Source: a virus (taxonomy: Duplodnaviria; Caudoviricetes). Taken from it: 33,578 nucleotides of DNA. The position numbers were made by a program, and so were the translations under genes. The stretch is taken from positions 1 through 33,578 of the IMG/VR virus record IMGVR_UViG_3300032335_000224. One strand, 5' to 3'. Of the stretch, positions 17,878 to 27,471 are shown in pieces. The notes under the pieces are model-generated. The model was not told where the DNA came from and searched no databases. It was given only the letters and a program-made list of their open reading frames with translations. Numbering within the stretch: position 1 is the stretch's first letter; each line of letters opens with the position of its first letter.

Positions 17878-18468
17878 AATACAGAGATACCTATTTATAT
17901 GTTGGACATTACGGATAGCATAGATGATGATTCACAAGTTGATTTCATTGCATTAGTTGATCGTCCTGCAATACAAAAGAATTGGAACGCTTTCAATAAA
18001 ACCCAAAAATTTGAGGTAACAAATGAAGATCGCCGTATTATTTCGGGTGCTATTATGTTGGCTGATACGCCTATTTTTAGGTCTGATGCTACTTATGGCG
18101 ATTACTATGTGGCTTTTAGTGCGGACACTATTCTTAAGATTGTTCAAAAGTTTTTTAAAAAAGGATTCCAGAGCAATGTAAATTTAATGCACGATTCTAA
18201 GCAACAATTTGAAGGCGTTACATTATTTGAAAGTTTTATATCTGATCCTTCGCGTGGCATTATGCCAATGAAAGGATTTGAAGATGCGCCTGTTGGCAGT
18301 TGGTTTGGATCTATGATCGTGGATAATGACGAGGCTTGGGAAAAGGTTAAAAGCGGACAAATAATGGGATTCAGCGTAGAGGGGTTATTTACCTACAAAC
18401 CGAAGGAAGTAAACAAGGTTGCGTCTATGGTTGATGCAATCAAAAAAATATTATCACAAGTTAAGTGA
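17875..18468 (+). CDS. Prohead serine protease, XkdF-like
   Basis: IALVDRPAI, IISGAIM, NLMH, GSWF, WEKVKSG..GFSVEG. Confidence 0.85.
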   Translation: MNTEIPIYMLDITDSIDDDSQVDFIALVDRPAIQKNWNAFNKTQKFEVTNEDRRIISGAIMLADTPIFRSDATYGDYYVAFSADTILKIVQKFFKKGFQSNVNLMHDSKQQFEGVTLFESFISDPSRGIMPMKGFEDAPVGSWFGSMIVDNDEAWEKVKSGQIMGFSVEGLFTYKPKEVNKVASMVDAIKKILSQVK

Positions 18469-18494
18469 TAAACTATTTATTTTTTAACTATATA
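18466..18494 (+). promoter_or_regulatory. Putative late promoter (scaffold/capsid)
   Basis: TGATAAA-N15-CTATATA. Confidence 0.5.
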
Positions 18495-18505
18495 ATAAAA
18501 AAAGT

Positions 18506-19114
18506 ATGAACGCACAGGAAGCAATTTTAAAAATTAAGGCTTTGTTTGAGGACAACGCTGCGCCTGTTAAGGAAAATGAAGTTATTGAACCTAAAGTTGA
18601 GGAAACTAAGGTTGAGATGGCAGAATATTCATTAATGGACGGAACTAAGGTTGAGATTTCAGCTTTAGAGATTGGCGGTTTAGTAACTATTGAAGGTCAA
18701 CCTGCACCAGCAGGGGATCACGAATTAATGGACGGAAGCGAAATTACCTTAGATGAGAACGGCAAAATTACCGCTATTGAAACTAAAGTAGTTGAAGCAA
18801 GTCCAGAAGTTGATACAGAAGTTGAAGCGGGAGCAGATTACAAAGATAAAAAGATTCAAGAAATGGCTGATCAATTTGAAGCAAAGATTGCTGAATTAAT
18901 TGAAGCTAAGAATGTATCTGACGCAAAAGTTTTGGATTTAGAAAATAAGGTTAAGCAAGGATTTGCACAAGTAGCTGAATTAATTGAAGCACTTTCAAAT
19001 ACGCCAAGCGAAGATCCTATTAAAAAACCAAATAGCTTTAATGAGTTTGTAAATACAAAGGGCATTAAAGAACAAAGATTAGAAAAATATAGAAACGCAA
19101 TTTTAAACAAATAA
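18506..19114 (+). CDS. Capsid scaffolding protein
   Basis: Acidic, duplicated LMDG motif, C-terminal coiled coil; between protease and capsid genes. Confidence 0.7.
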   Translation: MNAQEAILKIKALFEDNAAPVKENEVIEPKVEETKVEMAEYSLMDGTKVEISALEIGGLVTIEGQPAPAGDHELMDGSEITLDENGKITAIETKVVEASPEVDTEVEAGADYKDKKIQEMADQFEAKIAELIEAKNVSDAKVLDLENKVKQGFAQVAELIEALSNTPSEDPIKKPNSFNEFVNTKGIKEQRLEKYRNAILNK

Positions 19115-19126
19115 AAATTAATAACA

Positions 19127-20080
19127 ATGGCATTTAACGTAGACGCATTAGCAGCTTATACAGAGCAAAACGAAGCCTTATTGGTAACTGATTCTGTATT
19201 AGGAGCAAAAACCGCAGCTTTAATTAAAAGCGCAGGTAACGTTATGGTGGGCGTAAAGTCTGCTGAAACGATTAACATTATGGACACAGACGCGATCTTC
19301 CAAGCAGGTGGATCTTGCGGATTTAACGCATCTGGTTCTACAACTTTTACTCAAAGAACAGTAACAGTTGGAAAAATTAAAGTAAATGAATCTCTTTGTC
19401 CTAAAGACTTAGAATCTAAGTACTTACAAAAAGCATTACCAACAGGATCAATGTATGATTCTATTCCTTTTGAGCAAGAATTTGCTGAGAAGAAAGCAAA
19501 AACAATCGCTGCTCAATTAGAAACTGCGTTATGGCAGGGCGATACAACGTCTGGCAATGCGAATCTATCTAAATTTGACGGGCTTGTTAAGTTAATCGGA
19601 GCTGCTTCTGGAGTTGTAGCTGCTAACGCTTCTACTTTTATCAGTGGTGCGCCTTTAAGCACAATTACTGCTGGGAATGTTATCAGCATTTTTGATGGCG
19701 TATATCAAGCAATCCCTGCACAAGTTGTAGCTGCTGATGATATGACTATCTTCTGTGGTCAAGACGTATTTAGAACTTATACAGTTGCATTAAAGAACGC
19801 TAACCAATTCCATTATTCAATTGATGTAAAAGCTGATAGCGAGTTTGTATTGCCAGGTACTATGATTAAAGTTGTAGCACTTGCAGGTTTAAACGGAACT
19901 AACAAGGTTTACGCAATGCGTTTATCTAACTTGTTCTTAGGAACAGATTTGTTGAACGAAGAAGAAAAGTTTGAAATTTTCTACGCAAAAGAAGCTGATC
20001 AAGTTCGTTTTGTAAGTGAGTTCAAAATGGGTGTAAACGTAGCGTTCCCAGACGAGATCGTTAAGTTTATCTTAGCATAA
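19127..20080 (+). CDS. Major capsid protein
   Basis: 317 aa after scaffold; LCPKDLE, LWQGD...FDGL; biased codon usage; followed by terminator. Confidence 0.85.
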   Translation: MAFNVDALAAYTEQNEALLVTDSVLGAKTAALIKSAGNVMVGVKSAETINIMDTDAIFQAGGSCGFNASGSTTFTQRTVTVGKIKVNESLCPKDLESKYLQKALPTGSMYDSIPFEQEFAEKKAKTIAAQLETALWQGDTTSGNANLSKFDGLVKLIGAASGVVAANASTFISGAPLSTITAGNVISIFDGVYQAIPAQVVAADDMTIFCGQDVFRTYTVALKNANQFHYSIDVKADSEFVLPGTMIKVVALAGLNGTNKVYAMRLSNLFLGTDLLNEEEKFEIFYAKEADQVRFVSEFKMGVNVAFPDEIVKFILA

Positions 20081-20084
20081 TTAT

Positions 20085-20111
20085 TGGGGGGTTTAATCGC
20101 CCCCCATTTTT
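20085..20111 (+). terminator. Intrinsic terminator after capsid gene
   Basis: TGGGGGG...CCCCCCA then TTTTT. Confidence 0.75.
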
Positions 20112-20134
20112 AATAAAATTTTAAATTATATATT

Positions 20135-20656
20135 ATGCCGTGCGCATTAACATCTGGATATACTTTAGACTGCCGAGATAGCTTAGGCGGTGTTACGGAA
20201 GTATATTTCATAGAAGCAGCCAACGTAACTGCAACAACCGAAGCAAGCGGAGTGATTACAACATTAACAAAGGCAACAGGTAAAAGATTCTACAAATACG
20301 AGCAAGTGAAAGATACATCAATGATGAATCAAACAATCACTACTAACGTACAAAATGGGACAGTATTTTATGCACAGGAATTGATGGTTGTATTAAATAA
20401 ATTACAAACCGCTACAAGAAACGAAATTTTATTGCTTGCACAGAATACTTTGATTGCAGTAGTAAAAGATTCAAACGGCAATTATTGGTATCTTGGTAAA
20501 ACAAGAGGATTAGATTTAACTGCCGGTACTGCGGGAACGGGTACTGCACAAGGCGACAGAAGTGGATTCACTTTAACCTTTACAGGTGCAGAATCCGCAT
20601 TAGCACCAAGCGTTGCACAAGCAGTTTATTCTGTATTGACAACCGCAGGCGCATAA
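20135..20656 (+). CDS. Major tail (tube) protein
   Basis: CALTSG..LDCRDSLGG, NGTVFYAQEL, DRSGFTLTFTGAE; followed by terminator. Confidence 0.7.
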   Translation: MPCALTSGYTLDCRDSLGGVTEVYFIEAANVTATTEASGVITTLTKATGKRFYKYEQVKDTSMMNQTITTNVQNGTVFYAQELMVVLNKLQTATRNEILLLAQNTLIAVVKDSNGNYWYLGKTRGLDLTAGTAGTGTAQGDRSGFTLTFTGAESALAPSVAQAVYSVLTTAGA

Positions 20657-20680
20657 GTTTTTTCATAGGTTTATAGGTTT

Positions 20681-20713
20681 GCCGCCGTTCCTTCATTGGT
20701 TCGGCGGTTTTTT
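20681..20713 (+). terminator. Intrinsic terminator
   Basis: GCCGCCG...CGGCGGT then T run. Confidence 0.8.
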
Positions 20714-20724
20714 ATTGTAGGATA

Positions 20725-20760
20725 TGCAACAAATTAGCTTTTTAGCTATATAGTTATATG
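20725..20760 (+). promoter_or_regulatory. Putative late promoter (portal operon)
   Basis: TGCAACA-N14-CTATATAGTTATATG; CTAT 12 nt before ATG as at 12127 and 17863. Confidence 0.45.
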
Positions 20761-21132
20761 ATTAGGTTAACAAAAGGACAAACCCAAAATATAATTTTGA
20801 CTTTAACTGAAAAGCAATTATTGACTAATCCAAATTATTTGTTTGTATTTACTAATAGAAGCGCAAATACAGAGATTAAATTTGTTATGTTAAATAATAC
20901 AGACATAAGCCAATACAAGGACAGATACAATGAATTTAGTATCGTTACAAATACTAATTTTAGTACTGCTTTAAATGGTCAATATGATTACGATATATAT
21001 GAGCAGACAAGTACGTCTAATCTTAATCCTGCGGGTTTAAATTTATTAGAATCAGGGATTATGGAGTTAGTCGGAACGCCTTTCAATTTCACTGAATATA
21101 CTACAACGGACACTTATAAAATAAGACAATAA
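20758..21132 (+). CDS. Virion structural protein (possible head closure)
   Basis: Beta-rich 124 aa, TAATG-coupled to portal. Confidence 0.5.
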   Translation: MIRLTKGQTQNIILTLTEKQLLTNPNYLFVFTNRSANTEIKFVMLNNTDISQYKDRYNEFSIVTNTNFSTALNGQYDYDIYEQTSTSNLNPAGLNLLESGIMELVGTPFNFTEYTTTDTYKIRQ

Positions 21133-22931
21133 TGGATTTAAGAGTACTAACATTTGCGGAAGCCAAGCAGCCTGAATTTAAAGAAAAGAAAGGCGAAGGA
21201 TATATTCAGTATGGCGATCGCAACGATTACCCGAACTACTTAGTTGAACTTTTTAATAAGTCAGCCAAGCATAATGCTATCATAAAAAGCAAGGTGCATT
21301 ATATTACTGCAAATGGTTGGTCAGGAAGTCCAGAGGCAGAGCCTTTTATTAAGAAAGTTAATAGAATGGAAAGCCTTGAAGATTTAACAAGAAAGGTGTC
21401 TTTGGATGCTGAATTATTTGGAGGTTATTATTTAGAGATTATTTGGTCAGTTACAGGTCAATTGGTTGAAATATGGCATTGTGATTACACTAAGATTCGT
21501 ACCAATAAAGACAATACACAATTTTGGTATAAGGAAGATTGGGGGGATAGGGCAGAAAAGGCGGAGGTTTATCCTGCTTTTAATCCTGCTAATCCATACG
21601 GCAAACAGATACTTTACATAAAAGAATATCGCCCAAATATGGGTTACTATTCATTGCCAGGTTATTTTGGTGCGCTTAATTACATAGAATCAGATATTGA
21701 AATATCTAAGCACGTTTTAGCTAATGCACAGACAGGGTTTTCTGCAAGTAAACTTATTACATTACCTAATGGCGATCCTTCGGATGATGAAAAGCGCAAT
21801 ATTGAAAAACGCTTTACAAATAGATTTAGCGGATCAGATGGTAAAAAGTTTATTTTAGCTTTCGTAAATGATAGCGCAAGAAAGCCTATCGTTGATGATT
21901 TAGGAACTTCTGATATTACAAAAGAAGATTTCGGGCGTGTGGATATGCTTATTCAAACTAATATTTTCTGCGGACATCAAATTACAACGCCATCTATTTT
22001 TGGTATTGCAGAGGCGGGTAAATTAGGTAGTCGTTCGGAAATGCGCGATGGATATGAAATCTTTAAAAATACTTACGTTAATAGTAAGCAAATGCACCTT
22101 GAAAGTGTATTTAATATGCTATTTAAGTACAGAGGAATTGAGGATGCTCAATTACAAATTATCCCTACCGAACCGATTGGTTTTGAGTTTACAGAAAACT
22201 TATTAAAAGAGATTGCACCTAAAGAATGGTTGCTTGAAAAGGCGGGTATTGATATGAGTAAATACCAAGCACCAGAGGAAGCGGTTACCGTTGTCCAATC
22301 TGCGCAATTTAAGGACGATTTTAGCGTCTTTTTTGAGTTTGGCGAGGCAAAGGATAAGTATAATATTTGGAAGTCAAGAACGCGCTTTAATGACGATTCT
22401 GAATATCAATTATTTGCAGAGGTAAACCAATTACAAGCCAATGTACTTGATTTGATGGCTAAGGATAAAAGAATAACGCCAGAAGTTTTGGCGACTACCT
22501 TAGATCAAAACGTGGATACTATTAATCAAGTAATTAAGAAATTAATTGATGACGGATATATTCAACCAAAGCAATACACAATAGGTACAGGGATTGATGA
22601 GAATGTGATTACAGAGCATACTTTGACAGAGCCTTTAAAGGATATTATAGAAAAAATTAAGCCACAGACAACGGAGTTGCTGATTAGATATTCCTACGAA
22701 TGGAAAGCGGGGTTTAGTAATGCAGATAAGGATACAAGCCGTCCGTTTTGCGTGGCTTTATTAGACGCAAATAAGGTTTATAGCCGTAGCGAAATAGAGT
22801 TAATGAGTGCAAGATTAGGTTATTCGGTATGGGATCGTAAAGGCGGTTGGTACACAAAGCCTGGTACTAATGACCACGAGCCAAGTTGCAGGCATCAATG
22901 GGTTTCAAACATAGTAACAAGAAAAAAATAA
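21132..22931 (+). CDS. Portal protein with C-terminal wHTH and MuF-like extensions
   Basis: YGDRNDYP, SAKHNAII, D.ELFGG, YYSLPGY, F.GS..KKF, GHQITTP.IFGI; about 200 extra C-terminal residues. Confidence 0.85.
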   Translation: MDLRVLTFAEAKQPEFKEKKGEGYIQYGDRNDYPNYLVELFNKSAKHNAIIKSKVHYITANGWSGSPEAEPFIKKVNRMESLEDLTRKVSLDAELFGGYYLEIIWSVTGQLVEIWHCDYTKIRTNKDNTQFWYKEDWGDRAEKAEVYPAFNPANPYGKQILYIKEYRPNMGYYSLPGYFGALNYIESDIEISKHVLANAQTGFSASKLITLPNGDPSDDEKRNIEKRFTNRFSGSDGKKFILAFVNDSARKPIVDDLGTSDITKEDFGRVDMLIQTNIFCGHQITTPSIFGIAEAGKLGSRSEMRDGYEIFKNTYVNSKQMHLESVFNMLFKYRGIEDAQLQIIPTEPIGFEFTENLLKEIAPKEWLLEKAGIDMSKYQAPEEAVTVVQSAQFKDDFSVFFEFGEAKDKYNIWKSRTRFNDDSEYQLFAEVNQLQANVLDLMAKDKRITPEVLATTLDQNVDTINQVIKKLIDDGYIQPKQYTIGTGIDENVITEHTLTEPLKDIIEKIKPQTTELLIRYSYEWKAGFSNADKDTSRPFCVALLDANKVYSRSEIELMSARLGYSVWDRKGGWYTKPGTNDHEPSCRHQWVSNIVTRKK

Positions 22932-23527
22932 TGAGCAAGAATACTTTATTTATATCAGTTCAGTCAATTAAGGACAGAACAGGATTGCACGCAAACGTAG
23001 ATGAAAAATTAGTATTGCCTGAAATCAAGACGGCGCAAGATATGTATATTTTGCCTGCTTTGGGATCGGCACTTTACAATGAATTACAAACGGCAGTTGA
23101 TACCAATACATACACAAATTTACAAACGACCTTATTGGATGATTACATAGTAGATACATTAATCTATTTTGTAATGTCTGAATTGCCACAGGGCTTGTCT
23201 TTTCAGTTTTACAATAAAGGGCTTTTAAGAAAGTCAGGCGAAAATCAGGAAAACCCTTCAATGCAAGATATGATTGACGTGGCTAACAGATACAAAGCCA
23301 GAGCAGAATTTTACAAGCAAAGATTAATTAAATACCTAAAACAAAACAATGCTTTGTATCCTAATTATTTAAACTTTGGTAGCGGCATTGATTCAATCAA
23401 GCCTGATAATGAAGGTTACACAGTTTCAATGTATTTAGGGGATGCTTGTTGCAATGATAATGACTACGAGGGCAAACGTAAAAGAACTTTTGAGGAAAGG
23501 TATCAAGGTAATATTGGATGCTGCTAA
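22931..23527 (+). CDS. Putative head-tail adaptor
   Basis: NVD.K..P.IK.AQD.YI.P.LGSALY; follows portal with TAATG coupling. Confidence 0.6.
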   Translation: MSKNTLFISVQSIKDRTGLHANVDEKLVLPEIKTAQDMYILPALGSALYNELQTAVDTNTYTNLQTTLLDDYIVDTLIYFVMSELPQGLSFQFYNKGLLRKSGENQENPSMQDMIDVANRYKARAEFYKQRLIKYLKQNNALYPNYLNFGSGIDSIKPDNEGYTVSMYLGDACCNDNDYEGKRKRTFEERYQGNIGCC

Positions 23528-23528
23528 T

Positions 23529-23657
23529 ATGAGTAAACAAGTAACTATAAAAAACCAAAATAAGCTAAAAGTTTATTTGGAAAAAGCAAAAAAGAATGAC
23601 ATTAAACCAAATAGTCAAAGAACTGACAAAGATAGGAAACGACCACGAACAAATTAA
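23529..23657 (+). CDS. Small basic protein
   Basis: MSKQVTIKNQNKLKVYLEK...; ATG one base after adaptor stop. Confidence 0.45.
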   Translation: MSKQVTIKNQNKLKVYLEKAKKNDIKPNSQRTDKDRKRPRTN

Positions 23658-24045
23658 TTTTGTTTATTTTGGGGATGTCTGGGAACGTTTAAGCAATGGC
23701 GAGGTTACTTACCCTGCTATGTTTTTTACGTTAACGGGTGCTACAATAGGTGCTAAAGAAATAGATTATAATTTTAGTTTTTACTTTATGGATAGAATGC
23801 TATCAGAGGAAACAAACGAAACAGAAGTCTTATCTGATCAAACATTGGTAGCACAGGATTTTATTGCGCAGTTAAGATACCCTTTAGATTATGGGATAGT
23901 AACTTGGACTTGTGGGGATAACATTCCATTAACATATTTTACAGAATCTGATCCTGATTTTTTAGCAGGTGTCAAGTGTGATATTACTTTGAATTTGCCA
24001 TTTATAAACAACAGGTGTCAAGTGCCTACAAATTATACTTATTAA
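23596..24045 (+). CDS. Putative tail terminator
   Basis: 149 aa acidic; YPAMF, EVLSDQ, PLTYFTE...LAGV. Confidence 0.55.
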   Translation: MTLNQIVKELTKIGNDHEQINFVYFGDVWERLSNGEVTYPAMFFTLTGATIGAKEIDYNFSFYFMDRMLSEETNETEVLSDQTLVAQDFIAQLRYPLDYGIVTWTCGDNIPLTYFTESDPDFLAGVKCDITLNLPFINNRCQVPTNYTY

Positions 24046-27000
24046 TGGAATCAAAAAAAATTAATCAGTTAGCGACAAATGTTGCACCGCAAACTTCTGA
24101 TTTAACTATTATAGGCGATCCGATTACAGGGGTAAGTAAAAAGATTACGTTATTACAGATAGCTAATTTATTTGCTACAACGGGTACAGTTTCAAGCGTT
24201 GCTATTACAGAAACAGGCAATGCTTTAACAATAACAGGCAGTCCAATAACAACTGCGGGAACGATTAATATAGGATTTGCTGGTGCAGCTACTCAATATG
24301 TTAGAGGAGATGGTGCATTGGCAGATTTTCCAACATCAACAGGTGGCGGAAGTTCGGTATCTTATTATCTGAATTCAAGTGTAAGTCAAGGCACAATCGG
24401 TGGCAATGCTTATAGACAATTAAGCAAAACGCCTGTTATAGGTGCGGGAACAGATATTACTATTTCGGCGAATGGATATGTAGCAAATTACATAACTGAT
24501 GCTAATGATCCTGCTTTATTAGAAGTGCCAGGTGGAAACTTTAATTGTGAGTTTTATTTTAGCGTTAATTCTAATAATCATAACCCTTATGTATATGCAG
24601 AACTTTACAAATATGACGGCACTACTTTTACTTTATTAGGATCAAATCAAGCGATACCAGATTACTTAAGCAATGGTACAACTTTAAGTGCTTATTATTT
24701 TGCTATTCCTGTTGCTACTACTGCTTTGACAATAACAGACAGATTAGCGATTAGAATTTATGTAAACGTAGATGGTAGAACAGTTACTTTACACACAGAG
24801 AATAATCATTTGTGTCAAGTAGTTACAACCTTCTCAAAGGGATTGACTTCATTAAATAACTTAACAAAACAAGTACAATTTTTAGCGACAGGAACAAGTG
24901 GAACTGATTTCAATATATCAAGTTCAACGGCTACACATACTTTTAACCTACCTGTGGCTTCGGCTACAAATACAGGTAAGTTGAGTTCAACGGATTGGAG
25001 TACGTTTAATAACAAGCAACCTGCTGGTAATTATGTTACTTTAGATACTACTCAAACAATTAGTGGTTTAAAAACTTTTAGTGCTGCAAGTGTAAATATA
25101 GCACCTACAAGTGGCGATGGTGGAATATTAAATTTAAAAAGAGGTGCATATACAGGAGGCATAAACGATTACACTTCATTAATTTCGCAAGGCGATAATT
25201 TTGGTATAGCATCATTAACAAGTTCATCAAATAGAAGTATTTTATTTGATTTTGCATCAATAACATCTGGTATTCTTAGAACTTACACTTTACCTAATGC
25301 AAGTGGTACAATAGCATTAACAAGTCAATTAACAGGAGGTACAGTTACAAGTGTAGGGTTATCTTCTGCAACAAGCGGTGTAACTATTGGTTCAAGTCCT
25401 ATAACTACAAGCGGAACAATTACTTTAGCAATTGCAACTGCAAGTGGTTCACAAAATGGTTTATTATCAAGTACAGATTGGACTACTTTTAATAACAAGT
25501 ATAATTTGCCATCTTTAACAAGCGGTTCAGTATTGTTTAGTAATGGCACAACTATTGCTCAAAATAATGCAAACTTCTTTTGGAATAATACTAATAGTTT
25601 TTTAGGTGTAGGTACAAATGCTCCAAGTGCAGTTGTTACCGCTTTTTCTACAAATGCTGCAACCCAATTAAAGGCTGCTGGTACTGCTCCTGCAATTACC
25701 TTTAGTAATACTTTAACTTCAGCATCTTTAGCTTGTGTATTTGGTTTAGCTACTGCAAATAACCATTTTATAACAGGAACGGCTGCAGGGGATATGGCTA
25801 TTGCAAATCAATCAACAAGTGCGGGTGCTATTGTTTTTGGAACAGGTACATTTGAAAAAATGAGGATGACTTCTGCGGGAACTTTCTCAATCGGAAATAC
25901 TAATTCTACTTATAAATTAGATGTTACAGGAACAGGTAGATTTACAGATGATTTATATGCTGATGCAGGAGTTTTTTCTTTAGGGTTATTTACAAGTGAT
26001 GAAACTAAATATGTAGTACCGGCTGGAGTAAGTAGTTTATTAACATTAAATTTATCTGGTGCTTTAAGTGGTACAAGTGCTACGTTTACTGCAAATACAA
26101 ATGGGGTTGTTTTAAATGCTGCAACTGGCACAACTAATACTCAATTTAAAGTAGCCAATACAAGTGGTGATAATTATTTTGGAGTAGCTGCAAGTGATGG
26201 TAGTTCATTATTTACGGGTACAACTGCTTATTCTGCATATTTAGGTACTAATAATGCAAGGTCTTTACACTTTGTAACTAATGGTATTGTTAGACAAACA
26301 ATAGATTCTACTGGTGCTGCTACATTCTCAAGTACAATTAGAAGTAATGACACAAATGGATTTGCAATAGGTAGTATAGCAGCATATAGAAGAATACAAT
26401 ACGATAGTGCTTCAACAAAATTTACACTTTTAACCGACACTAATAGTTTTGCAAATTTAGAAGGAGCTACAGCTAATTTTAGATTAGACCAAAACGCTTA
26501 TTCATGGACAAGAATTGAGAATCAAGCTAATAATGCTTCTGCTTATGCAGGATTACAACTTGGAGCATTTGGTAACACTTGGGGTATTGCAATAGGTTCT
26601 TCAACTGCTAATAGTAACTCATTAAACTTTGTAATTGATGCTGGAGGTGGTAATACTCCAAGAATGACTTTAACAAGCGGTGGTAACGTTGGAATCGGAA
26701 CGAGTTCGCCTACTGCTATTGGTAATTATAGAAGTTTAACGTTAGACGGAGTAGATGGTAGTATTATTGATTTAAGATTGAATGGAAGCGCAAATGGCAG
26801 AGTGTTCACTGCTTCAGATGCGGCAGTTGGGTTAGAATCATTATCAACAACTTTACCTTTGGTATTTAAAACAAATAGTGGTGGTGGTTCTACCGAACGA
26901 ATGAGAATCACATCGGGGGGTAATGTATTAATAGGTACTACAAGCAATCCATCAAACTATAAATTTGTTGTTAGTAGTAATGCTTGGGTACCACATTATG

Positions 27001-27470
27001 TTGCTTTTGGAATAAATGATGATGGAAGATATATTGGTCAAGGAAATATTATTTCAGGTGCATTTCAATCATATGATTTAACTATTGTAAACTATGCAAC
27101 AAGTGCAAGAGTAGTTATTGCAAATGGTTCAAATGGGGTAGTACTAAATAATGGAGCAACATCTTGGAGTGCATTTTCGGATGAAAGATTAAAAAATGTA
27201 AATGGTAGTATAGAAAATGCAGTAGAAAAATTATTATCTATTAGGGCAGTTAAATATAGCTGGAAAACAGATGAAACAAATAAAGAAAATTTAGGCTTAA
27301 TAGCACAAGATGTAGAAAAAGTATTTCCACAAGTAGTAGATGAATCAAAATCATTTAGTGAAACAGATGATACAAAATATTTAAGTTTAAGATATACTGA
27401 ATTAATACCTGTATTAGTAAAAGCAATACAAGAATTAAAATTAGAAATAGAAGAATTAAAAAATAAATAA
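24045..27470 (+). CDS. Tail fibre / receptor-binding protein with C-terminal peptidase S74 intramolecular chaperone
   Basis: Thr/Ser/Gly-rich repeats, ERMRITSGGNV.IGT repeats, SDERLK...GLIAQDVEKVFP...LIPVLVKAIQEL. Confidence 0.9.
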   Translation: MESKKINQLATNVAPQTSDLTIIGDPITGVSKKITLLQIANLFATTGTVSSVAITETGNALTITGSPITTAGTINIGFAGAATQYVRGDGALADFPTSTGGGSSVSYYLNSSVSQGTIGGNAYRQLSKTPVIGAGTDITISANGYVANYITDANDPALLEVPGGNFNCEFYFSVNSNNHNPYVYAELYKYDGTTFTLLGSNQAIPDYLSNGTTLSAYYFAIPVATTALTITDRLAIRIYVNVDGRTVTLHTENNHLCQVVTTFSKGLTSLNNLTKQVQFLATGTSGTDFNISSSTATHTFNLPVASATNTGKLSSTDWSTFNNKQPAGNYVTLDTTQTISGLKTFSAASVNIAPTSGDGGILNLKRGAYTGGINDYTSLISQGDNFGIASLTSSSNRSILFDFASITSGILRTYTLPNASGTIALTSQLTGGTVTSVGLSSATSGVTIGSSPITTSGTITLAIATASGSQNGLLSSTDWTTFNNKYNLPSLTSGSVLFSNGTTIAQNNANFFWNNTNSFLGVGTNAPSAVVTAFSTNAATQLKAAGTAPAITFSNTLTSASLACVFGLATANNHFITGTAAGDMAIANQSTSAGAIVFGTGTFEKMRMTSAGTFSIGNTNSTYKLDVTGTGRFTDDLYADAGVFSLGLFTSDETKYVVPAGVSSLLTLNLSGALSGTSATFTANTNGVVLNAATGTTNTQFKVANTSGDNYFGVAASDGSSLFTGTTAYSAYLGTNNARSLHFVTNGIVRQTIDSTGAATFSSTIRSNDTNGFAIGSIAAYRRIQYDSASTKFTLLTDTNSFANLEGATANFRLDQNAYSWTRIENQANNASAYAGLQLGAFGNTWGIAIGSSTANSNSLNFVIDAGGGNTPRMTLTSGGNVGIGTSSPTAIGNYRSLTLDGVDGSIIDLRLNGSANGRVFTASDAAVGLESLSTTLPLVFKTNSGGGSTERMRITSGGNVLIGTTSNPSNYKFVVSSNAWVPHYVAFGINDDGRYIGQGNIISGAFQSYDLTIVNYATSARVVIANGSNGVVLNNGATSWSAFSDERLKNVNGSIENAVEKLLSIRAVKYSWKTDETNKENLGLIAQDVEKVFPQVVDESKSFSETDDTKYLSLRYTELIPVLVKAIQELKLEIEELKNK

Positions 27471-27471
27471 T

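Noticed and set aside
18604-18737. Short direct repeats in the scaffold gene (AACTAAGGTTGAGAT x2; ATTAATGGACGGAA x2)
   Set aside because: Explained by internal peptide duplication (TKVE, LMDG); not CRISPR-like or regulatory
24045-27470. Diversity-generating retroelement or invertible tail-fibre system
   Set aside because: No reverse transcriptase, invertase, or adenine-variant template repeat seen
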